Made by a program: the position numbers and the translations under genes. Under the pieces are notes generated by a model, which made no database searches, was not told the origin of the DNA, and saw only the letters and a list, made by a program, of their open reading frames with translations. From a virus (lineage: Duplodnaviria; Caudoviricetes), in the IMG/VR virus record IMGVR_UViG_3300038312_000327, positions 11,782-75,781 of that record: a stretch of 64,000 bases of DNA; one strand, 5' to 3'. Shown here piece after piece: positions 36,999 through 45,317 of the stretch; the stretch's first letter is position 1, and every line of letters begins with the position of its first letter.

Positions 36999-37613
36999 TT
37001 ATGCTGTTTCGTCAAATGCTTTGTTCTCTATTTCGGCTTTCTTCTTTCTGCCGCGTTTCTTGGGCTTTTCAGCAGTCGAAAATTCAACCGACACATCTAC
37101 TCCATCCGGGGCATCAAAATCAAGTGAGAGCTGTTTAACACCCCACTTCTCGTTGAATAGATATTCGGTAGTTTCATAATCACATGCTTCAATATCTGCA
37201 GCCAGTTCACCTGCATAATCGTAAGCGTCGGAATCCGCAAACTGAATGAACGGTGAAATCAAATTGAGAACTTTACCCGATTTGAGCAGCTTTTGTCCGA
37301 TGATGGTAACGCCTGCCGATTCTTCGGAACCACCGTGCGTGTAGCCGGTTATTACATAGCTATTCAAAATTTCGGGGTCGAAATCGTAAATACCTTCGCT
37401 TTTGATACGTTCAGATTCAGGCATTTCGCAAAAGCAAACCAGGTGTAGTTTTAGTTTATCCAATGCCTGGCGAAAATCGGTATGAATCATTTGTGCGCAC
37501 TTCTTGTCGATGGTGTTTGAGTAGTTTTCTTGTGGAAAATACTCATCGTATGTTACTTCGAGTTTCCCATCTTTAATTTTCACTTTTTGGATGGTGTTTT
37601 TTGCTGTTTCCAT
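36999..37613 (-). CDS. Phage hypothetical protein
   Basis: 204 aa coupled ORF. Confidence 0.7.
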   Translation of the reverse strand: METAKNTIQKVKIKDGKLEVTYDEYFPQENYSNTIDKKCAQMIHTDFRQALDKLKLHLVCFCEMPESERIKSEGIYDFDPEILNSYVITGYTHGGSEESAGVTIIGQKLLKSGKVLNLISPFIQFADSDAYDYAGELAADIEACDYETTEYLFNEKWGVKQLSLDFDAPDGVDVSVEFSTAEKPKKRGRKKKAEIENKAFDETA

Positions 37614-37816
37614 TAAATTGCCTCCCTTTTTACGAACCGTCCTCTTTCATCTCTCTCCGGTACCATTTGCTGATACATCTCGACTGCTTTGCGCAGTGAA
37701 TCAGCCTGAAGCTTTGCATCGTTTGCCAGTACTTGTAATTGCAGGTTTTCATCTGCTAATCCCCTAACTTGTGCTTCCAGGGATTGAATTCTTCTTTTTA
37801 GTTTTTTTGCGAACAT
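37613..37816 (-). CDS. Small coiled-coil phage protein
   Basis: 67 aa, RDERGRFVK tail. Confidence 0.6.
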   Translation of the reverse strand: MFAKKLKRRIQSLEAQVRGLADENLQLQVLANDAKLQADSLRKAVEMYQQMVPERDERGRFVKREAI

Positions 37817-37960
37817 AATTTTGAAATTTTAAATTGTGAAACTTATGATCATTTGTCTTTTTGAAAGCCTTCGACGACCATTGAAATAAATATTCCAATA
37901 GCGAGGATAAACCCGATAGTTTTCCAGAAATTATCGAACAGGAACTGTACAATTTCCATA

Positions 37961-38377
37961 TTAAAAACCTTGATTTTGATAATTTGAAGTATATTTCATT
38001 TCTTCCTTTGCTTTGCTGATTAAGGTCCTACACCAGTCTAATTGATGCGTTGCAGATCTGTTTACTCTCTCACACCAGTCGACCAGATATTGCTGTTCCT
38101 TGCAAAGTGATTTGATGATCTGATTAACCGCAGTAGAAGTTGCTTTAGCTTGTTTGCCGGCCTCCCTGATTGTCTCAAATACTTCATCTTTCATTTTCTC
38201 GTTCAGGTAATACTTTGCGTCGGCTAAAAGCTTCCCGGAACGAGCGATAAATACTGCTAAGTCATTTCCACGTTCGGCTACTTCTTCGATTTGTTCACTG
38301 CAAGTGATATTAAGGTAAGCATCGATCATTCTCAGCTCGTCCAAGATCTGCTCTTGTGGTGTGATGTTTAGGTTCAT
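37961..38377 (-). CDS. Phage helical hypothetical protein
   Basis: 138 aa ORF in recombination module. Confidence 0.65.
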   Translation of the reverse strand: MNLNITPQEQILDELRMIDAYLNITCSEQIEEVAERGNDLAVFIARSGKLLADAKYYLNEKMKDEVFETIREAGKQAKATSTAVNQIIKSLCKEQQYLVDWCERVNRSATHQLDWCRTLISKAKEEMKYTSNYQNQGF

Positions 38378-38381
38378 TTTC

Positions 38382-39041
38382 TTATACTATTAATTGCCAA
38401 TACTTGAATGCGAGATCGAGGTATTTCTCTTTACCACGTTCATACGTTGCATCCCCCCGCTGAATAAAATATTTGAATACCTTGCAATTCTTCTTCGAAA
38501 TGGCATAGATAAAATCCCGGTCACTATCTATTATATCCATGTACCACGCCCTCGACCTATCCCAGTCGAAGAAATCAATCGCTTCTTCAAATTGCTTTTG
38601 TGATTCAGCAGCCGTACTTTTCAGATCGCCACCGAAGTGCATCACGTTAAGGTACCAGTCCCACTTGCATCTCGTATCAAGTGTGAATTCAAACCCGCAA
38701 TAATCAAATGTTTGCCCCTGCCGGATGCTGACCTTCTGCGTATCGGAAAGCTTGAGAACATTCGCCAAGAACGGATCCTTTCTTGATTCAACAAGTAGCG
38801 ATTTTCTCATCTCTTCCGCAAGCCTGAAATCATCTTCCAGGTATTGAACATCGTCAACTTTCAGGTTGTAAAAATCAACTCTGTGAGGTTCTGTGATCAT
38901 CGCATCGATAAGTGATCCGAACTTGAAAGCTTTCTCCTTATCCCCGTACTGAGTACGAGGATAAAGGAGATTTTTCAGCTCTGTCAAGTCGGAATTGCTG
39001 ACTTCTTTACGTCGATAGTATGTATCTGGATTTCCTGACAT
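38382..39041 (-). CDS. PD-(D/E)XK exonuclease-like protein (RecE/DUF3799-like)
   Basis: VSNSDL, FGSLIDAMITEP, RCKWDW...DLKST. Confidence 0.75.
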   Translation of the reverse strand: MSGNPDTYYRRKEVSNSDLTELKNLLYPRTQYGDKEKAFKFGSLIDAMITEPHRVDFYNLKVDDVQYLEDDFRLAEEMRKSLLVESRKDPFLANVLKLSDTQKVSIRQGQTFDYCGFEFTLDTRCKWDWYLNVMHFGGDLKSTAAESQKQFEEAIDFFDWDRSRAWYMDIIDSDRDFIYAISKKNCKVFKYFIQRGDATYERGKEKYLDLAFKYWQLIV

Positions 39042-39044
39042 GGT

Positions 39045-40274
39045 TTATTTTGCCTTTACATCGTCCACATATTCCACGAAAGCCGACTGGATGAATTCGC
39101 TATCCTTGTTCGCTTTCTTTTCACAGAAGGTGATCATCTTCTTGTGTATCTTTTCTAGTTCATCAATTGGCAATTTTGCTCCTTCGCCTAAAAACCACAT
39201 CTGATATATGTCAAGAAAGCCTTTGGCGTTATTCACGATGATTTTCTTCGTAACCTTTGCTTCCGGAATAGATGTCGGGATTGCAGCTGCAGTTGCACCG
39301 AATGATGCAAAGATGCCCGCTTGGGCCGCCTGCGCTTCAAGTCGTAATTTCTCTTCTGCCTCGCGTTTTTTCTGCTCTTCTTCGCGTTTTTTCTTTTCTT
39401 CTTCCTCGCGAAGTTTTGCAACTTCTTGTGCACGTGCGGCAGCTTCAGAATCTTGCTTTCTAAGCTCTTCAATACGTTCCAGTTCCTTTTTCTTCGAAGC
39501 AAGACGGATAACAAAATCATCTTTCATCGACTGGATATCATTGCGGAATTTTGTTTGATATTCTATGATGAGGCCCGGGACCACTTCTCGCTTTATAGCG
39601 GTGATCGCTTTTTCATCGAGATAAACGAATCGGAATTCATCCTTGAATCCTTTAAAATGTTCAGTTGCATCGTAAACTGTTGAGAATTCCGCAATCTTTT
39701 TTGAATCGTTTTCGAAGTTTTCAAGTGTTAATCCTGAAAACAGATCAGAGAGTTCAACAGCTTTACCTTCAAAATGCTTTGAGTAGTATTTCTGTAGCGA
39801 AAGAGAAAGGTCGGCCCGATACTCGCTTTTTTCGTTTTCTTCAGCCTGGCGTTTGCGTTCCGCTTCCTCGCGTGCTTTCTGCTCTGCGAGTTTCTTTGCA
39901 GCATAATTGTTCCGGAAAACTTGCAGTCGTGCAGGTATGGAACTTGCATTCGTGGGGTTTATTTCATTTTCCAACGTGGTGAACTCTTTGGCCACACGTG
40001 TAAGCAATTGCGTTAGCGGAGAGCGACGTTCATTCATCTTCTTGACAGTAACCTTGGCCTTATCTATGAAGTCCGATACCTTCGCATCCAGATCATCACT
40101 AGTAATAATACCTCCTGCACCCTCAATCGTGTCAAGGAGTGTTTTTCCGGCATCGTTGCAACGTACAACTGAATTTTGATTTTTTGACAGCATGTCCGGA
40201 GCTGTCTGAATGATGCTTGTAAATTCTTCTACCTTAATGGGAAGATTTGCTGTTTGTGTTGTTTCTATTGTCAT
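39045..40274 (-). CDS. Coiled-coil phage protein
   Basis: 409 aa helical, EK-rich. Confidence 0.75.
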   Translation of the reverse strand: MTIETTQTANLPIKVEEFTSIIQTAPDMLSKNQNSVVRCNDAGKTLLDTIEGAGGIITSDDLDAKVSDFIDKAKVTVKKMNERRSPLTQLLTRVAKEFTTLENEINPTNASSIPARLQVFRNNYAAKKLAEQKAREEAERKRQAEENEKSEYRADLSLSLQKYYSKHFEGKAVELSDLFSGLTLENFENDSKKIAEFSTVYDATEHFKGFKDEFRFVYLDEKAITAIKREVVPGLIIEYQTKFRNDIQSMKDDFVIRLASKKKELERIEELRKQDSEAAARAQEVAKLREEEEKKKREEEQKKREAEEKLRLEAQAAQAGIFASFGATAAAIPTSIPEAKVTKKIIVNNAKGFLDIYQMWFLGEGAKLPIDELEKIHKKMITFCEKKANKDSEFIQSAFVEYVDDVKAK

Positions 40275-40294
40275 TTTATGAAAGTTTTAAATAG

Positions 40295-40576
40295 TTATTT
40301 TCTTAATGCTTCGTCTATAACTTTTTCTGCCAAATTGAGGCTATGATTGATGTGATCGTTAATACTGCCGCGTTGTGTCGTATTCCAATAATCAACGATA
40401 GATATTAATGCTTCGAGCATTCTGGGTGCTGTTGCTATGAGTTGAGCATTTGCTTTTGCTTCATCGTAACTCCACCCTGATACACTGTTAGTTATTTTAC
40501 ATTGATACGGCATTGAAACTATTGAAGTTCCACCTGAAACAACCCATTCACCTTTTGTTCCTTTAAATCTTTCCAT
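40295..40576 (-). CDS. Phage protein with ANAxLIAxAP motif
   Basis: MERFKGTKGEW...ANAQLIATAPRMLEAL. Confidence 0.65.
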   Translation of the reverse strand: MERFKGTKGEWVVSGGTSIVSMPYQCKITNSVSGWSYDEAKANAQLIATAPRMLEALISIVDYWNTTQRGSINDHINHSLNLAEKVIDEALRK

Positions 40577-40577
40577 C

Positions 40578-41522
40578 TCAAAATCCCTCCTCTTCGTCTG
40601 ATTGAGAAACCATAACAGGAGTTGCTTCCTGAACTTCTTCGGGTTCATCAAAACCGTTTTCAACAACTTCAGCTTCAGCATCAACCACACCATAATCGAT
40701 TTCAGGTTCAAGCTCTTCTATTGATTGCATGTTCGTAAACTTGCCGACACGTACTTTAGGATAGGCATCGAAAGCATGCTTGATCATCTTATTTTCGAGG
40801 AAACCAGGATCGATCTGCCCGTCATTCGATGAATAGAGCTCATTTGCTTTGCCTTCTACACGTTTTCTTGCATTGTTGTCCCAATAGCTGTTTGATCGTG
40901 ATGAAAACCCTTTCAGGCGCTCAATATCACCTTCAAGAAGCCACTGATAGTCCTCTGATCCATCATTGCGGACAATGCGGATGAAAGCACCTATGATCTT
41001 GTTTGATTTACGGGGGATGGCAGCTGAGTATGTGATTTTCTTCACACCTCTGTCAAGGTCAATCGAGAAAGTGTCACCTTCATACACGACAACTGGATTA
41101 TCAGCGTACTTGATTTGGCCGGCCCTCATTCTCATTACTAATTCACCGTAACCGGTAACCGAAACAGATGCTCTCTTTTCATAGATATCCTTTCCGTATT
41201 GGTCCTTGTGGCCAGTTTTCGAATTGCGGGGGATCATGTAGCAGTGTGGTCTGCCGGTAGGGTCCAATGAGAGGCCATTGACAGCCATATCAAGGAAGCA
41301 ACCATAAAGGCTCATCTTGCTACATTCCTGGAGTGTTGGGTTATCCTGCAATACTTTCTGGAAGTTAAATACTTCCTTGTGGTACATTTGTGTACCCTTG
41401 TCGGTACCATGAATCGAATTGTACATCTGGATGAACTTCTGTTCAACCATTTTACTTTCCACAATTTGAGTTGCTTCAAGCTTGTTTAATTCGTCGACTT
41501 TGATTTGAATTGCTGTGCTCAT
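40578..41522 (-). CDS. recT: RecT-family single-strand annealing protein
   Basis: LQECSKMSLYGC...GLSL...YMIPR...GYGELVM; MIKHAF; acidic tail. Confidence 0.85.
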   Translation of the reverse strand: MSTAIQIKVDELNKLEATQIVESKMVEQKFIQMYNSIHGTDKGTQMYHKEVFNFQKVLQDNPTLQECSKMSLYGCFLDMAVNGLSLDPTGRPHCYMIPRNSKTGHKDQYGKDIYEKRASVSVTGYGELVMRMRAGQIKYADNPVVVYEGDTFSIDLDRGVKKITYSAAIPRKSNKIIGAFIRIVRNDGSEDYQWLLEGDIERLKGFSSRSNSYWDNNARKRVEGKANELYSSNDGQIDPGFLENKMIKHAFDAYPKVRVGKFTNMQSIEELEPEIDYGVVDAEAEVVENGFDEPEEVQEATPVMVSQSDEEEGF

Positions 41523-41534
41523 TTTGATTTGTCT

Positions 41535-41837
41535 TTAAATAGTTATAAGTGATTCTTTAAGTTGCTCTAGTTTCGTTTCAGCGGTTTTTAATTCCGCATT
41601 TACTTCTGTGTAGTATTCTTCAGTTTCGTAAGGCCTTGTTAATTTGTAATTCAAGATCCACAACTGACGTAATAACTCCACGATTTCATTATCATCAATT
41701 TTGCTGAGTACTATGCGGAATTGATTTTTTTGAGATTCTGCTTTTTTTTGATTCTGCTTGTATCCATAATCATCCATCTGCCAATACCAGTCGAAAGAGG
41801 AGATTATAGTTAGTGCTTCTTTAATTAATTCCTCCAT
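41535..41837 (-). CDS. Phage hypothetical protein
   Basis: 100 aa; FDWYWQMDD. Confidence 0.6.
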   Translation of the reverse strand: MEELIKEALTIISSFDWYWQMDDYGYKQNQKKAESQKNQFRIVLSKIDDNEIVELLRQLWILNYKLTRPYETEEYYTEVNAELKTAETKLEQLKESLITI

Positions 41838-41850
41838 ATAATTCCAATAT

Positions 41851-41967
41851 TTACCTGAATATCAAAGCTATAATTACAAGCGACACTACATATATTGCAG
41901 CTGCAATGGCGATCACATTTGTGACGATGTTTGATGTCTTCCCGAAAAGAATATCCTCAAGTTTCAT
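41851..41967 (-). CDS. 38-aa single-pass membrane peptide
   Basis: MKLEDILFGK...IAIAAAIYVVSLVIIALIFR; ATAACTATTTAAAA motif 9 nt upstream of the ATG. Confidence 0.55.
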   Translation of the reverse strand: MKLEDILFGKTSNIVTNVIAIAAAIYVVSLVIIALIFR

Positions 41968-41986
41968 TTTGCCGTCTTTTAAATAG

Positions 41987-42274
41987 TTATCTGAAAATCT
42001 TGTTTGCCGGAATGATATTCTGAATATCGAGCATCCGGCTTGCAGTCTCGAGTTCAGTACGTTTGAAATATACTTTGCCACGTTCTTTATTTCCTGTCGG
42101 GTAACCTACGATCCAGCGTTTGTGTCTCCAGTCTTTGATTAATCTGCTGCCGTATTGTTTTTTGGCTTGTGATTCTGTTACAATTTCGTGGGTGATTCCT
42201 AAATCGTTAAGAGTGTTGTGCACTCCGATCTCTATTGCTTTACTGATAATTGTTTCGATTACTCTGTCTTCCAT
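41987..42274 (-). CDS. Excisionase-like winged-helix protein
   Basis: TESQAKKQYG...KVYFKRTEL. Confidence 0.5.
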   Translation of the reverse strand: MEDRVIETIISKAIEIGVHNTLNDLGITHEIVTESQAKKQYGSRLIKDWRHKRWIVGYPTGNKERGKVYFKRTELETASRMLDIQNIIPANKIFR

Positions 42275-42378
42275 AATTATACAACTGTTAAAATTGAGTT
42301 ATAAAGCGAGTTGGATTTTGTATGCTTAACACCTCGACAACGCTTTGCCGGGCTGTTGTTTAATTATTGAATTTTAAG

Positions 42379-42546
42379 CTAATCGGGTAATTCTTCGTAA
42401 GTGAAACGAACAGATTTGCAGTTGAGTGTAGATTTGTAAATTTGCACTCTCATTGCTTCCAAGTCGGTTGTTGTACGCCTGTCGTTACTAACTTTACGAT
42501 CTCCGTTTATCAGTTCGCAGATGATTTTTGTAATTACTAATTTCAT
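42379..42546 (-). CDS. Small hypothetical protein
   Basis: 55 aa from MKLVITK. Confidence 0.45.
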   Translation of the reverse strand: MKLVITKIICELINGDRKVSNDRRTTTDLEAMRVQIYKSTLNCKSVRFTYEELPD

Positions 42547-42550
42547 TCTG

Positions 42551-43102
42551 TCAATGGTTGAAAAGGTTATTGTTCTTTGCGTATAAGTAAAATTCAGCGA
42601 GAGAATGTGTTCCGGTACGCTTGAAAGCATTGCGCTTGTGTGTACGTACAGTTTCGGTAGACAAGCACATATCATCGGCGATTTGCACTGTAGATTTATT
42701 CTTGTAGTAATTGCTCATCACCTCAATTTCACGTTCCGAAAGATTCGAGTTGAATCTAGGTCTACAGATAATTCCTTCATGTGGGCACTCTCCACGTAAC
42801 GGGCATTCAACTTCTTCAAAATTGAAATATCCGAATTGATCGATATCAACTACACTGTCAAAGCGGCCCCAGTTGCAGCGGATAAACCGGCTCACGATTG
42901 AATATTCGAAGTGTGGAATGTTAAAGCGTTTTTTATCGAAATGCTGTGATAGCCTTGCAAGTGTATCGGGATGGAAATCACCGATTTTTTGCATCATTGC
43001 GGAAATGAAATTACGGTCGTTCTCCTTTAGTTCCCGAACACCTTTTTCATCATGAATCATAATCCCTCCATTCGGGGTACGGTAGAATTCGATGTTTTTC
43101 AT
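42551..43102 (-). CDS. Regulator with C-terminal LuxR-type HTH
   Basis: LSEREIEV...STVQIADDMCLSTETVRTHKRN; CPLRGEC motif. Confidence 0.8.
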   Translation of the reverse strand: MKNIEFYRTPNGGIMIHDEKGVRELKENDRNFISAMMQKIGDFHPDTLARLSQHFDKKRFNIPHFEYSIVSRFIRCNWGRFDSVVDIDQFGYFNFEEVECPLRGECPHEGIICRPRFNSNLSEREIEVMSNYYKNKSTVQIADDMCLSTETVRTHKRNAFKRTGTHSLAEFYLYAKNNNLFNH

Positions 43103-43374
43103 ACGGCGTCAGGAAAAAGGATTTCAGGTGATGAATTCAAGTGTTTTGCGATCTTTTCCTGGACGTGAAACGGAGGTGTGTTTTGTCCCAAACACCAGGT
43201 CCTTACAGTTTCCGGAGTACGGCCAGTGAGTTCAGATATCGCCTCCAATAATTCATCTTTGGGTTTTGCTGCTATTACGCGTGTCGCATTGGGTAGTTTG
43301 GCATAATACTCTGTAAGAGGTAAATTTTTAAAATCAGAGTTGTTAATCTTGATTTTTTCGGTTTTTTTATCCAT
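43099..43374 (-). CDS. Cro-like HTH protein
   Basis: AISELTGRTPETVRTWC; divergent from repressor. Confidence 0.7.
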   Translation of the reverse strand: MDKKTEKIKINNSDFKNLPLTEYYAKLPNATRVIAAKPKDELLEAISELTGRTPETVRTWCLGQNTPPFHVQEKIAKHLNSSPEILFPDAV

Positions 43375-43540
43375 CTTTGTAATGTTTAAAATAGTTATAC
43401 TTCGTGTTCCCTGTTTTAAATAGTTATTGAAAATGAGGGTGGAAATTCATAGATTGGCGTCGCTGAAGCCACCCTCAATTTTAAGTTTGCATTGTCGTCA
43501 TTTAATCACTCGATTTCAGAGTTATTAAACTTAGATGTTG

Positions 43541-43572
43541 CAAAAATATGAACTTATTTCATATTATGCAAA
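43541..43572 (-). promoter_or_regulatory. Early leftward promoter
   Basis: TTTG-N20-TATTTTTG. Confidence 0.7.
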
Positions 43573-43597
43573 TATTTATAAGAATAAATTTCATATT
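43545..43597. promoter_or_regulatory. Two tandem operator-like palindromes
   Basis: AATATGAA-N5-TTCATATT (43545-43565) and TATAAGAA-N5-TTCATATT (43577-43597). Confidence 0.65.
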
Positions 43598-43615
43598 TCC
43601 TGAAATAATTTTTAT

Positions 43616-44335
43616 ATGTCTATAAATCAAGAACTAAAAAAGATCATATCTGAAATAAAATACAATTTCGAGATAAATCAAGCTGAGATAGCTGATAAAC
43701 TAGAGGTTACGCCTACTTATTTATCAGATATGATTAACGGTAGAGTTCCCTTTTCAGACAGTATAAAGATCAAAATATATGAAGTTTTCAAAATAGATAT
43801 CAGAGAAAATACGAACAATCTTCTTATTGACGAATTAAACTACGATTTGATCGATACCGAAGAAAAATACAAAAAAGCTATTGCGGCTGGTTTAAAGATG
43901 TTACCTGAAGTAGATTTTATATTTTCAGCTGGTCAAAAGGCATTGACAGCTAATACAGATACAACGGTTAGATTTTGGCACTTGCCAGATTGTGAGGATT
44001 GTGAAGCAATTGCAAGAATGGCTGGAAATTCAATGATGCCGACCTTACCTCCTGGATGTCAGTTGGCATTAAAAAGATATGGATATGACATTACCAGGCC
44101 AAACACTATCGCATTTGGTAATATGTACGGAATAGTTGTAGAGGACCCATCGACGGGCCTATGGCATGGACATATTAAAGTGTTGAGACGTCATAGAGAT
44201 CCTGAATTGGCAAAGAAGTACTGGATTGCTCATTCGATAAATACAGCTGAGTATGATGATTTCGATATTGATTTAACCTTGGTGCGCGGATTGTGGGTTG
44301 TAAAACAGCATGTGGTTACAAACGTATTATTATAG
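43616..44335 (+). CDS. CI-like repressor (HTH + S24 peptidase)
   Basis: NQAEIADKLEVTPTYLSDMING; GNSMMP catalytic Ser region. Confidence 0.88.
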   Translation: MSINQELKKIISEIKYNFEINQAEIADKLEVTPTYLSDMINGRVPFSDSIKIKIYEVFKIDIRENTNNLLIDELNYDLIDTEEKYKKAIAAGLKMLPEVDFIFSAGQKALTANTDTTVRFWHLPDCEDCEAIARMAGNSMMPTLPPGCQLALKRYGYDITRPNTIAFGNMYGIVVEDPSTGLWHGHIKVLRRHRDPELAKKYWIAHSINTAEYDDFDIDLTLVRGLWVVKQHVVTNVLL

Positions 44336-44356
44336 ACAAATATAAGAGTAATAAAC

Positions 44357-44902
44357 ATGTTTACTCTCAAGTTCAAAAGATCTAAATCGAAAAACTATCC
44401 GCTTGTCAAAAAGCTAGCAAATAATTTTATTGAACATACCTTTGAGAATGATCTACATGTAATACATTTATCTATCAAAGAATTATTTGAGAAATGGGAT
44501 TACTTCAATCTCATGTTCTGGAAATCGGTAGATTGGGTAGGATCGACATTTGGGTATGATGGTTTTGATTTGCATGGACATGAAGACAAGACGAGGATAT
44601 TCTATGCATTGCAGACAGCCCATGTGAAATGGATATGTTTATCTGAAGGATATTTATCGCAAATCGCACCGGCATACTTCGACGAATCACTTATTGAAAG
44701 AATTAAAGGGGAGACATTTAATAGTGAAGATACCGACAGAATTTTGGACTATATACTCGCGGAATCAAACCGGAAAGAGTATGAAAAGGAATATGGATAT
44801 TTGGAATTTAGAACACCACTCCGAAATAGTGATTTTTTCGGGAGATATCTTTTGAGAGAGGAAAAGAAATTACTTGAAAAAAATAAAGATGGATCAGATT
44901 GA
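44357..44902 (+). CDS. Hypothetical protein downstream of repressor
   Basis: 181 aa, co-oriented with cI. Confidence 0.7.
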   Translation: MFTLKFKRSKSKNYPLVKKLANNFIEHTFENDLHVIHLSIKELFEKWDYFNLMFWKSVDWVGSTFGYDGFDLHGHEDKTRIFYALQTAHVKWICLSEGYLSQIAPAYFDESLIERIKGETFNSEDTDRILDYILAESNRKEYEKEYGYLEFRTPLRNSDFFGRYLLREEKKLLEKNKDGSD

Positions 44903-45114
44903 TAAGGATAAGATCATCGCATTACAGCGCCAAAAGATTGAGGATTTAAGTATAAAAGTGAACGCTTTGGAACAGGAGGTCGCCCTACTCCATCATGAAA
45001 TAAAACAGCAAAAAAAGGCGAAAAAATCGCCCACTCTTTGAAATATCTTATAAATAAAAAACCAATATCGCATAAATGGCTATAATGCAACTTGTTGCAA
45101 GGAAACAAAACACT

Positions 45115-45182
45115 CCTTACAAGCAGAGGGTCGGCGGTTCGAATCCGTCAACGCCCACACCAAATGATCAAGCACTTATCGA
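45115..45182 (+). repeat. att site: 3' fragment of tRNA-Val(TAC), prophage attR / element junction
   Basis: CCTTACAAGCAGAGGGTCGGCGGTTCGAATCCGTCAACGCCCACACC; 68-bp repeat of 63913-63980 with one mismatch. Confidence 0.92.
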
Positions 45183-45208
45183 AATTTCGATAGGTGCTTT
45201 TTTATTTC

Positions 45209-45229
45209 TCGCACATAATTCGCACATAA
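45209..45229 (+). repeat. Candidate integrase arm-type sites
   Basis: TCGCACATAA x2 at 11-bp period; similar TTGCCCACAA x2 at 63769-63789. Confidence 0.6.
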
Positions 45230-45317
45230 CTTTCCCGCACGCCTCATATACTTTTCTTACTCTCATTAGCTTTGTTTTAATAAAAACAATAGACCCTTCC
45301 TCTTTTTTACGTCTTAC

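Larger units (their letters stand above)
1..45161. mobile_element. Temperate siphovirus-like prophage (right part; left end and integrase outside window)
   Basis: TerL, portal, capsid, tail, lysis, early and cI/cro genes; ends at a 3' tRNA-Val fragment (attR); no sheath gene seen. Confidence 0.93.

Noticed and set aside
45115-45161. Intact tRNA-Val genes here and at 63909-63959
   Set aside because: Both lack the 5' acceptor strand and D-arm; they are att fragments
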